A model generated the notes under the pieces. It was given only the letters and a program-made list of their open reading frames with translations, was not told the DNA's origin and did no database searches. Both the position numbers and the translations under genes were made by a program. Below, one piece after another: positions 19,530 through 29,248 of a stretch of DNA of 64,000 bases (the stretch's first letter is position 1; every line of letters begins with the position of its first letter). The stretch lies in IMG/VR virus record IMGVR_UViG_3300024264_000006, positions 1 to 64,000 of that record; one strand, given 5' to 3'. This DNA comes from a virus.

Positions 19530-20570
19530 TTATAGGTTGGGGTTATACGCAGAATCAAATAATTCATCCAGATTTGAAATACCATCTGAATCGACCCAAT
19601 CGAACTTATCTTGGTCGATTGTTTCAGTACTGCTGAGACCCATACCTGAACCTTGTGCATCCGTATCGTCATCAAACGTAGGTGCGTCTGCCTCAAGATA
19701 CTCACCCATCGTCGAGTAGAGGTTAGCCACTTCTTCGATAGTGATATTTTGTAAGTCATTAATATCGTTACCGCCTGGGTTTGGATATGTGGATTCTGAT
19801 CCAAGGTTCGTTCTAAACAATTGTGTTGTCCCGTCTGGTGCGTTGAAGTTAAATAGACCTGTCATACTTGATATAGCATCTCTACCCATTGTTGCGATAC
19901 CCTCAACTTCAAATTCGGGGATATCTTTTAAGCCTGGGAATGGTTGTTCTTCAATATTAAGGTCAAACTGACCAACAAGTTGAACTTCTGCACCAAGATA
20001 CATTCCAGCTGGATGTACAAACAACTTGTAAGGTTTTCTCCACTGAGATACAGACAGTTCCGTCTTAATCAACAGTGCATATTGTTGATAAAGCTTATCG
20101 TCGGTGAGATATCTCTGAGATTCTGCACCAATGATAGATTCACCTACATTGAATATTTGTCTCTTTGTATATACAACATCCGGATCGACGTTAAAGAATG
20201 TACGAAAGAATTGTTGTATAGAGTACTTAGTACCCTTTGATTTATACAGTGTACTAGAGTACTTTGCAGCAGCTCTTTTATCCGTGAACCCTTCAAAATA
20301 AGCTTGACCCAAAAGTAATTCGTCTTCAATATAAGAAAGTAATTCTAAATCAGTCTGCGTTACATCACGTGTGTAAAACAACTCTTGAATCAAATGTGAA
20401 GGTGATTCCACCGTTTCTTCAAATTTGAAATACTCCTGTAAGAACGAAACGAACTTAGGATAACTTTCTACAATGTGTTGCGATAGAGCGTCTTCAACAA
20501 CGTACTCACGTATATTGGGTTCACGTCTCCCAATATCAATAAGAGTTCTATCTATTTGTCGACTATGCAT
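19530..20570 (-). CDS. baseplate wedge protein, gp7-like
   Basis: 'YPKFVSFLQEYF','YKSKGT..SI..FFR','YQQY...HPAG'; follows gp6. Confidence 0.65.
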   Translation of the reverse strand: MHSRQIDRTLIDIGRREPNIREYVVEDALSQHIVESYPKFVSFLQEYFKFEETVESPSHLIQELFYTRDVTQTDLELLSYIEDELLLGQAYFEGFTDKRAAAKYSSTLYKSKGTKYSIQQFFRTFFNVDPDVVYTKRQIFNVGESIIGAESQRYLTDDKLYQQYALLIKTELSVSQWRKPYKLFVHPAGMYLGAEVQLVGQFDLNIEEQPFPGLKDIPEFEVEGIATMGRDAISSMTGLFNFNAPDGTTQLFRTNLGSESTYPNPGGNDINDLQNITIEEVANLYSTMGEYLEADAPTFDDDTDAQGSGMGLSSTETIDQDKFDWVDSDGISNLDELFDSAYNPNL

Positions 20571-22399
20571 TAATTATCGGCCTTTGTTATGACAGCACGT
20601 GCAATTGATCTTGCGTTGTCGAAGTTAAGAATGTATTGTTTCTCAGGAACGATTGCAGATTGATTTGCTGGAACCGTTGCTAATTTAATATAATTAACAC
20701 CACCGATTACTGTATCGACTTGTAATCCCACAATACTTACTGTCCCCGCATCGGGATTGTATTGACCCACGTTATCGACGATAGGCTTATTAGTTGTGAG
20801 GTTGATTACTTGTAATTTGTTAGAGTTGAGTTTGTTTCTTACCTGACAGTTCTCATTCCTGAATACAAACGTAGAGGATGTGACCCTATACAAAACATCG
20901 TCGGGAGATGCAATTGCAGATGGGAAAGAGAATGAGTGATCTTGTTCTACTAACAAGGATGGTGCAAATCTTTGTTGCATCTTCACTTCTGCACGAGAAG
21001 ACAAGATAGAGGGACTGACATCATCCACTAGGGTCAACATGTTTGATCGACGGAATGCCTGTTCAAACTTACCTACACTATTTGAGAAATAAGTCTGTAC
21101 CGCAGTACGAACATTTTCCTGAATTGTGTTCAGAGAAAGAGATGTTAGGTTTGGGTTGAATCTGAAAAATACTTCGGTTTCGACCCAAGTCTTAACTGGA
21201 TCAGAAAACTTAATATCAAAAGTAGCGACAGCTAACTGAGACGCAAGGTCTACAATGCCAGTCTTAACCACTTCCTTTCTCTGTTCCGATACATCATCTT
21301 CGAATTCGATAGAAGAAAAAACAACACCAAACTCAGGCGTAAGATTGTCTTCTCCACCCCAACTAGAAATATCTTCAATCAGTGTGGCATAGTTTCTGAG
21401 AATCAATGAGTTATAGTCTGCGAAGGTGACCATCCTGTTCTGTGATGCGTACTGAAAGGGTGCATTCTTACGTATGGATTCTACAGTTTCTTTTTCACCA
21501 CCACCCACAGATTTAGTATATGTGGAAACAACAGGAGTTCTGTTGATAGTTTCTGTGATTTTTATTAGAGAAGAAGGTTCAAATGTAAGAGCATTATCTG
21601 CATTCGCACCGTTTACTGCCAAGTATTCTACTGTGATCTTTGAACCTGAATCCGGAGTCTGACCTAAAGTTGTACCATTACCGAATGATAATTCGAAATA
21701 TCCATTAGGCATTTCCTTAAGGATGTATAAGGTAGACTGTTCACTGATTGTTGTGGCCTTTGTGATGTTTGTGTATGTCACAAACTTACTAGTACTCGCA
21801 TTCTCATACACTTTAACAATTGCAGTAGAGATATCAATGTTCTTGTCTGGAATGATATAGACCGCATTCTCGTCGTTGTCACCAGAAATGAAAGTCTTTG
21901 TCTTTGCGTTTCCCTCAAATACAGAAATCTTATCGTTACCATCAAGAGTTTTAAATTGATAATAACCCGCACCATCATCGGATGCGATTAGTGTCTCGTT
22001 TGTTTGGAAGGTGTATGTGTTAACATCTACTTTAGTTGTAAATTTATAACCTGTCGATATTGTAATTGTCTGTTGACGGTCTGCAACGTTTGACAGGTTC
22101 ATTGCCATCTTAATAATGGCTTGCGATGCGGTCTTTGACTTAGGAATATAACCAATTGCTTCGGACAATTGTACAAGTGAACTACGCAGTTGTGCAGTAG
22201 ATAGAAAAGATTCATTGAGAGCAAAGTTAGCGGTCAGACCGTTAAGGTGTGTATTGTACGCCAACACGTCTAACATGTTTGACAGACCAGAGGCCTCAAA
22301 GTTGTAATCCTTGAACTCTTCTTTCTTCTGTAAGAACGTCTTAAGATTGTTCTTAATATTTGCGAAGTCCAGTGCGGACGATTTAATTGTTGTCGCCAT
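20570..22399 (-). CDS. gp6: baseplate wedge subunit gp6
   Basis: 'LDFANIKNNLK..L...EFKDYNFEASGLS.MLDVLAYNTH','NESFLSTAQLRSS','QNRMVT..DY','WGGEDN'. Confidence 0.93.
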   Translation of the reverse strand: MATTIKSSALDFANIKNNLKTFLQKKEEFKDYNFEASGLSNMLDVLAYNTHLNGLTANFALNESFLSTAQLRSSLVQLSEAIGYIPKSKTASQAIIKMAMNLSNVADRQQTITISTGYKFTTKVDVNTYTFQTNETLIASDDGAGYYQFKTLDGNDKISVFEGNAKTKTFISGDNDENAVYIIPDKNIDISTAIVKVYENASTSKFVTYTNITKATTISEQSTLYILKEMPNGYFELSFGNGTTLGQTPDSGSKITVEYLAVNGANADNALTFEPSSLIKITETINRTPVVSTYTKSVGGGEKETVESIRKNAPFQYASQNRMVTFADYNSLILRNYATLIEDISSWGGEDNLTPEFGVVFSSIEFEDDVSEQRKEVVKTGIVDLASQLAVATFDIKFSDPVKTWVETEVFFRFNPNLTSLSLNTIQENVRTAVQTYFSNSVGKFEQAFRRSNMLTLVDDVSPSILSSRAEVKMQQRFAPSLLVEQDHSFSFPSAIASPDDVLYRVTSSTFVFRNENCQVRNKLNSNKLQVINLTTNKPIVDNVGQYNPDAGTVSIVGLQVDTVIGGVNYIKLATVPANQSAIVPEKQYILNFDNARSIARAVITKADN

Positions 22400-22854
22400 T
22401 ACCTTAACCTATTTAATTGTGTTGTGAGAGTTACCTCTTCACCTGAATTTATTACCCTGAATACTACATCTATTTGTAAAGAGTTAGCATCGTCTAATTC
22501 TTTGCAGCTGACCTTAAGGGTCTTATAGTCTACCCTTGGTTCATATACCCTTATTGCTTCTTTAATATTGTTCTTGATCGCCGACTTATCAAACATCGTA
22601 TCCAGTTCAAATAGGAAAGCGTATAAGTTTGCACCATATCCTGGCTGAAACGGTTTCTCGGCAGGGCCTGTAGTAAGAAGATTCCTAACAGACTGTTTTA
22701 CCGCAGCTGCTTCAGTCTTCTTGTACACATCCCCTGTCTGTGGTTTGTTAGCAAAAGAAAGATCGATGTCGAGATTCTTTCGGTTCTTTGTTGTTCTAAA
22801 AGTAACCGAATCTAGATTCTTATCTTCTTTTGATAGTGCACGTCTAATTGCCAT
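22399..22854 (-). CDS. gp25: baseplate wedge subunit gp25
   Basis: 'AVKQSVRNLLTT...EKPFQP.YG..L...LFE','YEPRV'. Confidence 0.9.
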   Translation of the reverse strand: MAIRRALSKEDKNLDSVTFRTTKNRKNLDIDLSFANKPQTGDVYKKTEAAAVKQSVRNLLTTGPAEKPFQPGYGANLYAFLFELDTMFDKSAIKNNIKEAIRVYEPRVDYKTLKVSCKELDDANSLQIDVVFRVINSGEEVTLTTQLNRLR

Positions 22855-22879
22855 GGTGATCCCCGATATATCCTAGTTC

Positions 22880-22887
22880 TATTTATA
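22880..22887 (-). promoter_or_regulatory. T4-type late promoter TATAAATA
   Basis: exact consensus upstream of gp25. Confidence 0.8.
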
Positions 22888-23478
22888 CTATTTCAGCAGG
22901 ACTTCCACCAACTCTTTTTTAGAAAACAAGTTCCCATTAAATTGACTTTCAATCTTCTGGTCAAACACAACATCGTATGATGATGGAATGTTAGGAAGTT
23001 CTACCAGAATAGTAGCTGTCAAAGAACCATCGGGGTTATAGGTGTCATAGTCCAAGACCAAACGTTTAAATCTTGCGTTGTCTTTTATGTGAACTGCGAC
23101 ATCAAATGTTCTTTCTAAATCAAGTTGACCATTACCATTAAACACATTATACCCAACCATACGTCCATCAGCTTTTAGTATATTGTCTCCACCAAGAGTT
23201 TCATTCGGGCCTGCCTCATAGAGTCCCTCAGACACTTTCATTTTAATATCCGGAAACAAATCTTTTTCCGAATTGATAATATTCATAATGTCAGCATGAA
23301 GTAAAAGATTGCGTGCTATTTGCGCTCGGTCTTCTGCTTTGCCAATATGACCTAGACTAGAAGCTCCATATCCTAAAAAATTAGATACGGAAACATTCTT
23401 CGAAAGTTTCAGTTTCGATGTTATGGTTCTAGGATCATATTGATCTGGGTTGTAAAGAGGGTCTGCTAAATATAACAT
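22888..23478 (-). CDS. gp5-associated protein, degenerate peptidase M15-like fold
   Basis: 'KLSKNVSVSNF..ARNL..VSEGLY..N.TLGG..GRMVGY' resembles M15 layout without the Zn ligands. Confidence 0.45.
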   Translation of the reverse strand: MLYLADPLYNPDQYDPRTITSKLKLSKNVSVSNFLGYGASSLGHIGKAEDRAQIARNLLLHADIMNIINSEKDLFPDIKMKVSEGLYEAGPNETLGGDNILKADGRMVGYNVFNGNGQLDLERTFDVAVHIKDNARFKRLVLDYDTYNPDGSLTATILVELPNIPSSYDVVFDQKIESQFNGNLFSKKELVEVLLK

Positions 23479-23480
23479 TG

Positions 23481-25019
23481 TTATGCTCCGTCACTATCAC
23501 CCAGAATACCACTGTCCACAATGGCATTCTGTATTTCTTTTTCTACACTCTCTTCCAGTTTCGTAACCGTGAACTGTTTACCAAGACCTTTCTCACTGTT
23601 ACCCAAAGGAGTAGTACCAAAAGTTGTTGTTCTTCCAACACCAGCAGTTCGTCCAATAGCGGGTGGTGTACCCACATCAAATTCAGTATTGATGATTCCA
23701 TCTATCGCCGCTTGACCACCAAGAACATCTTTGTTTGTATGATCACGCACTGCTTGTCGTATTTCTTCGGTTGTGGGTTCTCCATTATCGAATATGCCAC
23801 CATACCCATCTAGGTCTAGAATCTTACTCTTAAGAGTTCCACCACCATCGATTGTTACACTACGAATCGCATATGATCCACCAGCAAGGTGAAGTCCTAC
23901 TATCGCACTATTTGGTGGCGGAGCTGAAGGTGGTAGAGGTATGGGTGAAGGTGGCACTGGTGGTAATCCAAATCCTCCCGCACCAAGAGATGATGCAGAT
24001 GCTGCTGATGTTGCCGTCACAGCAGTCCAAGCGTTAATCGCACCTGTCGCCGTACCGATTACTGATCCGAAGAATGTTGCACCGGATAGTGGTTGTGGGC
24101 CCAGTGGGCCTGAATATGTCTTACCGACAAAATCTACAAGATCACCACCAAATGTTCCTTTCATACCAATAGCTGATACAGTCATACCAGATATGTTACA
24201 TGCTTTTCCAACCATAACGGCTTCTGACTTACCAGACATGATTAGAGTTCCGTCAGCAGCTACCTCTATCGACCCTTCGGACATAATATCATGTTTACCC
24301 TTGGTGATAGTCTTGCGGAAATCACCCAACACGGTATCCGTTGCGTTACCCATTGTTGCGATACTACTATTCTTCTTGGTAATATATTCGTGGTTACCCG
24401 AAGTTGTTGTTCTATCGTCTTTACCAATACGAGTTTTTCTTTGACCTTTTATTTTTGTGTTGTGGTTACCACCAACATCTAGGTTGAAGTTACCACCAAC
24501 ATACATGTCAAGATTACCCTCATAGGCAATTTCAGTGTCTCCCTCAACAACAATCTTAGTGTTACCACCAACAGTCTCATATTTGTTTTCGGCTGCGCTA
24601 ATCCAGATAGAACCATCTTTACGCATTTCAATACCAGAACCCGTAGTGTGTTTAATTAGTATTCGTTCATTACCTTCCGTATCATCAATCTCAATGACAT
24701 GACCGGAATGTGTTTCGGTTACTTTATTAAAGGGATATTTTGATCGACCTGTATTAGATTCAAACTCAATAGACCCATCGTCTCCCTGTGTTGCAGTCCC
24801 AAGACCCATATCAATTTTAGGGAATACCGCAGACATCTTAAGGTCATTTGGTTTATCCTTTTGTCCTACACCACCCGCCCCACGAGCCGCACGATTGATA
24901 GAACTTTCACCCCAATACTCTTCACGAGGAAATTCACCAGTTGGGTCTTGAAACCCATACTTGTTTGTACCCTCTTTCTCTTGAATAGTACCCTGTTCTG
25001 CTTCTGTCTTCTTAGCCAT
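23481..25019 (-). CDS. gp5: baseplate hub/spike gp5, C-terminal beta-helix part
   Basis: 'KYPFNKVTETHSGHVIEIDDTEGNERI...H.TG' followed by VxG 8-residue repeats. Confidence 0.85.
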   Translation of the reverse strand: MAKKTEAEQGTIQEKEGTNKYGFQDPTGEFPREEYWGESSINRAARGAGGVGQKDKPNDLKMSAVFPKIDMGLGTATQGDDGSIEFESNTGRSKYPFNKVTETHSGHVIEIDDTEGNERILIKHTTGSGIEMRKDGSIWISAAENKYETVGGNTKIVVEGDTEIAYEGNLDMYVGGNFNLDVGGNHNTKIKGQRKTRIGKDDRTTTSGNHEYITKKNSSIATMGNATDTVLGDFRKTITKGKHDIMSEGSIEVAADGTLIMSGKSEAVMVGKACNISGMTVSAIGMKGTFGGDLVDFVGKTYSGPLGPQPLSGATFFGSVIGTATGAINAWTAVTATSAASASSLGAGGFGLPPVPPSPIPLPPSAPPPNSAIVGLHLAGGSYAIRSVTIDGGGTLKSKILDLDGYGGIFDNGEPTTEEIRQAVRDHTNKDVLGGQAAIDGIINTEFDVGTPPAIGRTAGVGRTTTFGTTPLGNSEKGLGKQFTVTKLEESVEKEIQNAIVDSGILGDSDGA

Positions 25020-27080
25020 TTAATTTACCAATCTTGTTCCGGTTGTTGCAATATCACGTCTGACCTTACCAAACTTCTTCCTCACAAACTCACCGACATT
25101 AAAGTATGGTTCTTCTCTTCCTTCCAGTTCTCCGATACCATATATTTTGGCGCCGGGATATCCTTTAAAGAATGTATCCAGAAAGGTTTCTAGAGTTTTA
25201 TATTGAGACCCCGTAAAAGAGTCACCTGACCTAAAAGCATTTGGAGCTTCTGTTCCTGTAGGTGCGTCGATACCACCAACGAGGGCAATATTAATAGACT
25301 CGTTTCTAAAATCAGCGGGGTCTACTTTAGATATCAACGTGGTAGGTATTCCCCTTTGCATAGTCCCATCTCTACGAATCAAATAGTGAAACTGAATAGT
25401 GTCGAATCCACGAGCTTTATGATCTTCGTGAATCATCTGAGATGTCAAGTATTGATCAATAAAGGTTTCTGTAGAGTGAATGATAAGTTGTTTTACGGGT
25501 CTCTTAACCAAACGTACTTCAGCTTGCAGTTCTTCTTTCGTATCACATGTTTGGAATACAGCAGGTTTCTTTTCTGTGTCAGAAATATTAGACTGGGTAG
25601 TTTCGTTTATCTCACCAGTCTCAAATTTGATAAAGGTATCGAAATCACTTGGATACTCCTGAATATCAAAAGATTCTTTCCAAGTACTTCTGTCCTGATC
25701 CCCAACTTTTATTTGTTTTGTTAGGGTGGTGTCAATATCACTTAAAGCGATTTCAACAATATTCATGATGATTTCAAACTCAGAAATCTTCTTGGGGTCT
25801 ATCCCCTGTAGTTTACATTGAGAAACAGTTCTTTCAACAAGTTCTCTTGTGTTACGGAATCCTTTCTGAGCAGAAAGTATTTTAGATATTTCCGGATCGA
25901 CACCTACGTTTTTACTACCGACATTTTGAACCGCAGCTGCAAGGTCTTTTGGTGCACCACTTTGTACCTGAGAAATTACACTGGAGATATCACTGTTACC
26001 GATACCACCAGAACCACTAGATTTAATTCCTGTACCAACAAGAGACGTTGCAGATGTTAATTCACGAATTGTATTACTGGCTGCTCCGGTAGAATTTTCG
26101 CTTATATCCTGAAGACTACCTCCACCAGTAGAAACACTTCCAACAAACTCTTTGCCTTGATTAACTAGACCTCTTACTGAATTGATCTCGGCATTGACTT
26201 CTGCTTTAGTTTGATTTACGGTATTTACAATACCGTTGACTTCACTTGCGACCCCTTTTACTTCGCTGCTAATATCTTTGTATGCGCCACCAAGTTGTCC
26301 TATCGAACTACCATCGTCTTGTAACAGGTTATCAGTAAAATCTGATACCGGATTGATATCTTGAATTGCGGAAACCTCATTCAATACTCCAGTAACGTTT
26401 GAAGAAATATTATTTACAGTATCCGTAAATTCTTTCAAAGTTGAAACATTCGAGATACTACTCAGACTCCCAGCTGCATTATCTATAGACGATAGAAGAG
26501 AGTCTGCTTTTCCAGACATGGTTTCGCCTGTTTTGGTTATGGCGTCCATACCACTTCCACCAATACCTTTAGCAGACAAACCATCTAGAATAGAACCCAG
26601 TCCAGTTATAAGTGTAATAATTGATGCAATCTTGCCCGCAAGGTCTCCACCAATAGCTTCTATGGTCGATGAAGATGCAAAGGCAGCTGCAAGTCCAGCA
26701 GAGTCTCCACCAGTAATCATGTTTAGAATAGAACCATCTGCATTCGCCGAGTCGAGAAGTCCCGCTAACGGGGGAAGTTCTTTTGTTGATAAGTTTACTT
26801 CTGCTGTGGTTCGATCAAGTACTCCACCAATACCAGTTACATCTTCTGTAAATTCTACAATTGCATCACCTTTATCGACAATGCTTCCCGCAGTCGTAAC
26901 TTTAGATTCTAAACTTCTAAAACCACCTACGACTTCACCAGCTTCTTTACCCAATAACGTGGCATTTTTTACAAGATTAGCTCTATTAACTTCATCAATC
27001 TTTTTAGTTAATGAAGTGTCAAGGTTGTCTTTCTCAACTTTTCTTTTGAGTGCGCCTTCTACGTCTGATCTAATAGTCAT
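25020..27080 (-). CDS. low-complexity helical protein with C-terminal Amidase_2/T7-lysozyme-like domain
   Basis: 'LIIHST..IHEDH..RGF..I.FHYLIRRDG..QRG.P...SINIALVGG...FT..QY.TL'. Confidence 0.75.
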   Translation of the reverse strand: MTIRSDVEGALKRKVEKDNLDTSLTKKIDEVNRANLVKNATLLGKEAGEVVGGFRSLESKVTTAGSIVDKGDAIVEFTEDVTGIGGVLDRTTAEVNLSTKELPPLAGLLDSANADGSILNMITGGDSAGLAAAFASSSTIEAIGGDLAGKIASIITLITGLGSILDGLSAKGIGGSGMDAITKTGETMSGKADSLLSSIDNAAGSLSSISNVSTLKEFTDTVNNISSNVTGVLNEVSAIQDINPVSDFTDNLLQDDGSSIGQLGGAYKDISSEVKGVASEVNGIVNTVNQTKAEVNAEINSVRGLVNQGKEFVGSVSTGGGSLQDISENSTGAASNTIRELTSATSLVGTGIKSSGSGGIGNSDISSVISQVQSGAPKDLAAAVQNVGSKNVGVDPEISKILSAQKGFRNTRELVERTVSQCKLQGIDPKKISEFEIIMNIVEIALSDIDTTLTKQIKVGDQDRSTWKESFDIQEYPSDFDTFIKFETGEINETTQSNISDTEKKPAVFQTCDTKEELQAEVRLVKRPVKQLIIHSTETFIDQYLTSQMIHEDHKARGFDTIQFHYLIRRDGTMQRGIPTTLISKVDPADFRNESINIALVGGIDAPTGTEAPNAFRSGDSFTGSQYKTLETFLDTFFKGYPGAKIYGIGELEGREEPYFNVGEFVRKKFGKVRRDIATTGTRLVN

Positions 27081-27901
27081 TATCCGCCCCCATACCTATC
27101 ATTAAGTTCATATGCTTTTCTTTTTACATCACCAACATCCACACCCGTTGTAGAACATACCGCTTCAACTTTACTGGACAAACTGCGTCCCAATATTTTT
27201 GGTTTTGTTTCGGTTATTTCTTTTAAAACAAAGTCTACCTGTTTATCAAAGTTTTGGAAATCTGGACTGGAATTTTTTAAGGAATCTAATCGTGTACCCG
27301 TGAAGTTATCTATACCAAAACTACCATCATCGTGGCCACCCGTAATCATACCACTAGCTATATCTAGTTCAGCAGTAAGTGCGATAGAACTCTCAAAATC
27401 CAAACCAGCATCTAAGGCTTTCTTTAACGTTCCTCCAATCCTACTATCCTTTACTTCATTTGTTATATCGCCAGTGTTCTCATTTTCTGTTGCGACTAAA
27501 TCTAAAAGTTCTGTAATAGTATCAGCGTCATCACCAATAGGATCGAAACCCAGTTGAATGGGTGTTGGTGTTGTTATGTGCGGTAAAGAACCTATTACAA
27601 TAGGAACCTGTGAATACTTTCCGTCCATAAAGAAACCGAAGATCAATGATCCCGCTTCAATTCTTGGTGTTGAACCAAGTCCAGAAGTACCACCCTCTGT
27701 TGTTGGAATCAACACTTGGGCCCAAGGTAATGCAGACTGTGGTATATCTTCAAGACTAGGACTATGAACACCGTGGATACGAATCTGAACGTATCCTTCA
27801 AGACCCTCACCTGCTGGCGGTCTTGCATTGATAACAAGTCCGGTAAACCACCTAACATGGTCACCATAAAATTCTGAAGGTAATCCTTTAGGTAATTCCA
27901 T
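27080..27901 (-). CDS. gp5: gp5 N-terminal OB-fold plus degenerate phage-tail-lysozyme-like domain
   Basis: 'WFTGLV..GYVQIRIHGVH..LPWAQV..GFFMDG..Q.P.V.GS'; C-terminal 'SFGI..F.G.RL..L...QVDFVLKEI'. Confidence 0.8.
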   Translation of the reverse strand: MELPKGLPSEFYGDHVRWFTGLVINARPPAGEGLEGYVQIRIHGVHSPSLEDIPQSALPWAQVLIPTTEGGTSGLGSTPRIEAGSLIFGFFMDGKYSQVPIVIGSLPHITTPTPIQLGFDPIGDDADTITELLDLVATENENTGDITNEVKDSRIGGTLKKALDAGLDFESSIALTAELDIASGMITGGHDDGSFGIDNFTGTRLDSLKNSSPDFQNFDKQVDFVLKEITETKPKILGRSLSSKVEAVCSTTGVDVGDVKRKAYELNDRYGGG

Positions 27902-29247
27902 TAGAAACTCTTATTGCCGTAATTAAATTTGCTTATATTTAATGTTGTCGTATGTTTTCCATTACCACCAGCTGTTTGCAAATGATGATGAATATTAGTA
28001 ATTAAGAAGTCACCACTCAGTAGTTTAGATGCATCTGTTTTGGTTTCATCACCATCTTCAGGTATTCTCACATCAATCCTGTCTCCAACACCAGCTTTAG
28101 CAGCAATTATATCTGCTCCGGTAACGGTAATTTCATACGAGTTCTTCATCATTAAATTCAAAGCTGCTTGAGTTTTGATCTTATGATGATGTTTATCTGC
28201 ATCCGGTTCCCAATGAATACTCTTGTAGTTTGTGCCGGGTCTGTATGTCTTTCTATTTAACACTTGATGAACAAACCTAGAATCCGCTGTATGTGCAGGC
28301 CCTACTCCTTGCAAACTAAAATTTGGATCGTATGTGTTTTTACTACCACCATTATCACTTGGTATTGCATCAACAACATCCATGACTGAAAGGTGTTTAG
28401 GAACCCAACCCTTAATAGTTGCATCATCAAGTTCTGTCATTGCATAGGACGATCCTATGGTGCCTGTAAGTATATGGTTAAATGCGTCTGAAAGTTTTGA
28501 TATACTCACATCATGAATTTGTTTATGTCTTTGTCTAAAACTTTTTGTAATCACATCTGCTTGAGTTTCTGCTCCCGAATAAACGTAAGGGTCTTCCATA
28601 TTAAATGGGGGAATCTCTAGGAGTCTGTCCAAGGTAGCCAGTTTTAGTTCGTCGTTAAACACACTTCCAAACAATAGGAAAGGCATTCCTGTAGTTGTAG
28701 ATGCACGATCCCTCAACCATTCACAGGCTTCTAGTGGATGCATGTAAGGAACGATAGCTTTCCAGTTCTCTTGTATAGACGGTTGAATTACTTTTTTACA
28801 ACCCTTACCTATTTTAGAACTTAATATATCAACAATCTCATCTTCTAACTTTTTACCGTTACCAATAGCTTCACTGAACTTTGTTGCCTTACTGGCAGTC
28901 GCATGTTCGTCGATAAGATTTAGAAGCCAAACTGTACTTTTCGCATCTGCAACACCACTCTTTTCTATTCTTCCAGCAGAATGCACGTGCCATTTTTTAG
29001 TCCAAGTCTGATCACCCACATTATCTTTAATGGTCATAACAAGACTTTCTGTACCACGGAATTTAAATCCTTCAAACCAACCCGTTTGATCAACAAGTAA
29101 AATATTGCCTGTACAGTATGGCATAGTGATATCTTCAAAGGCCTCGTATTCCAGTATCACTTGAAAAATATCAACAGAACTTCCTGTCGAACTAGTAAGG
29201 ATTGCCGACTCTATTTGAAAAGTTGGCCCGTCAAATCTATCTTGCAT
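27901..29247 (-). CDS. putative baseplate hub protein (gp27-like)
   Basis: position between gp53 and gp5; 'FEDI..PY.TG','LSGDFLITNIHH'. Confidence 0.6.
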   Translation of the reverse strand: MQDRFDGPTFQIESAILTSSTGSSVDIFQVILEYEAFEDITMPYCTGNILLVDQTGWFEGFKFRGTESLVMTIKDNVGDQTWTKKWHVHSAGRIEKSGVADAKSTVWLLNLIDEHATASKATKFSEAIGNGKKLEDEIVDILSSKIGKGCKKVIQPSIQENWKAIVPYMHPLEACEWLRDRASTTTGMPFLLFGSVFNDELKLATLDRLLEIPPFNMEDPYVYSGAETQADVITKSFRQRHKQIHDVSISKLSDAFNHILTGTIGSSYAMTELDDATIKGWVPKHLSVMDVVDAIPSDNGGSKNTYDPNFSLQGVGPAHTADSRFVHQVLNRKTYRPGTNYKSIHWEPDADKHHHKIKTQAALNLMMKNSYEITVTGADIIAAKAGVGDRIDVRIPEDGDETKTDASKLLSGDFLITNIHHHLQTAGGNGKHTTTLNISKFNYGNKSF

Positions 29248-29248
29248 C

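Noticed and set aside
23478-27901. gp5 pieces as frameshifted pseudogene fragments or assembly errors
   Set aside because: Each piece has its own start abutting the previous stop and a long intact frame, and the middle gene has distinct domains.
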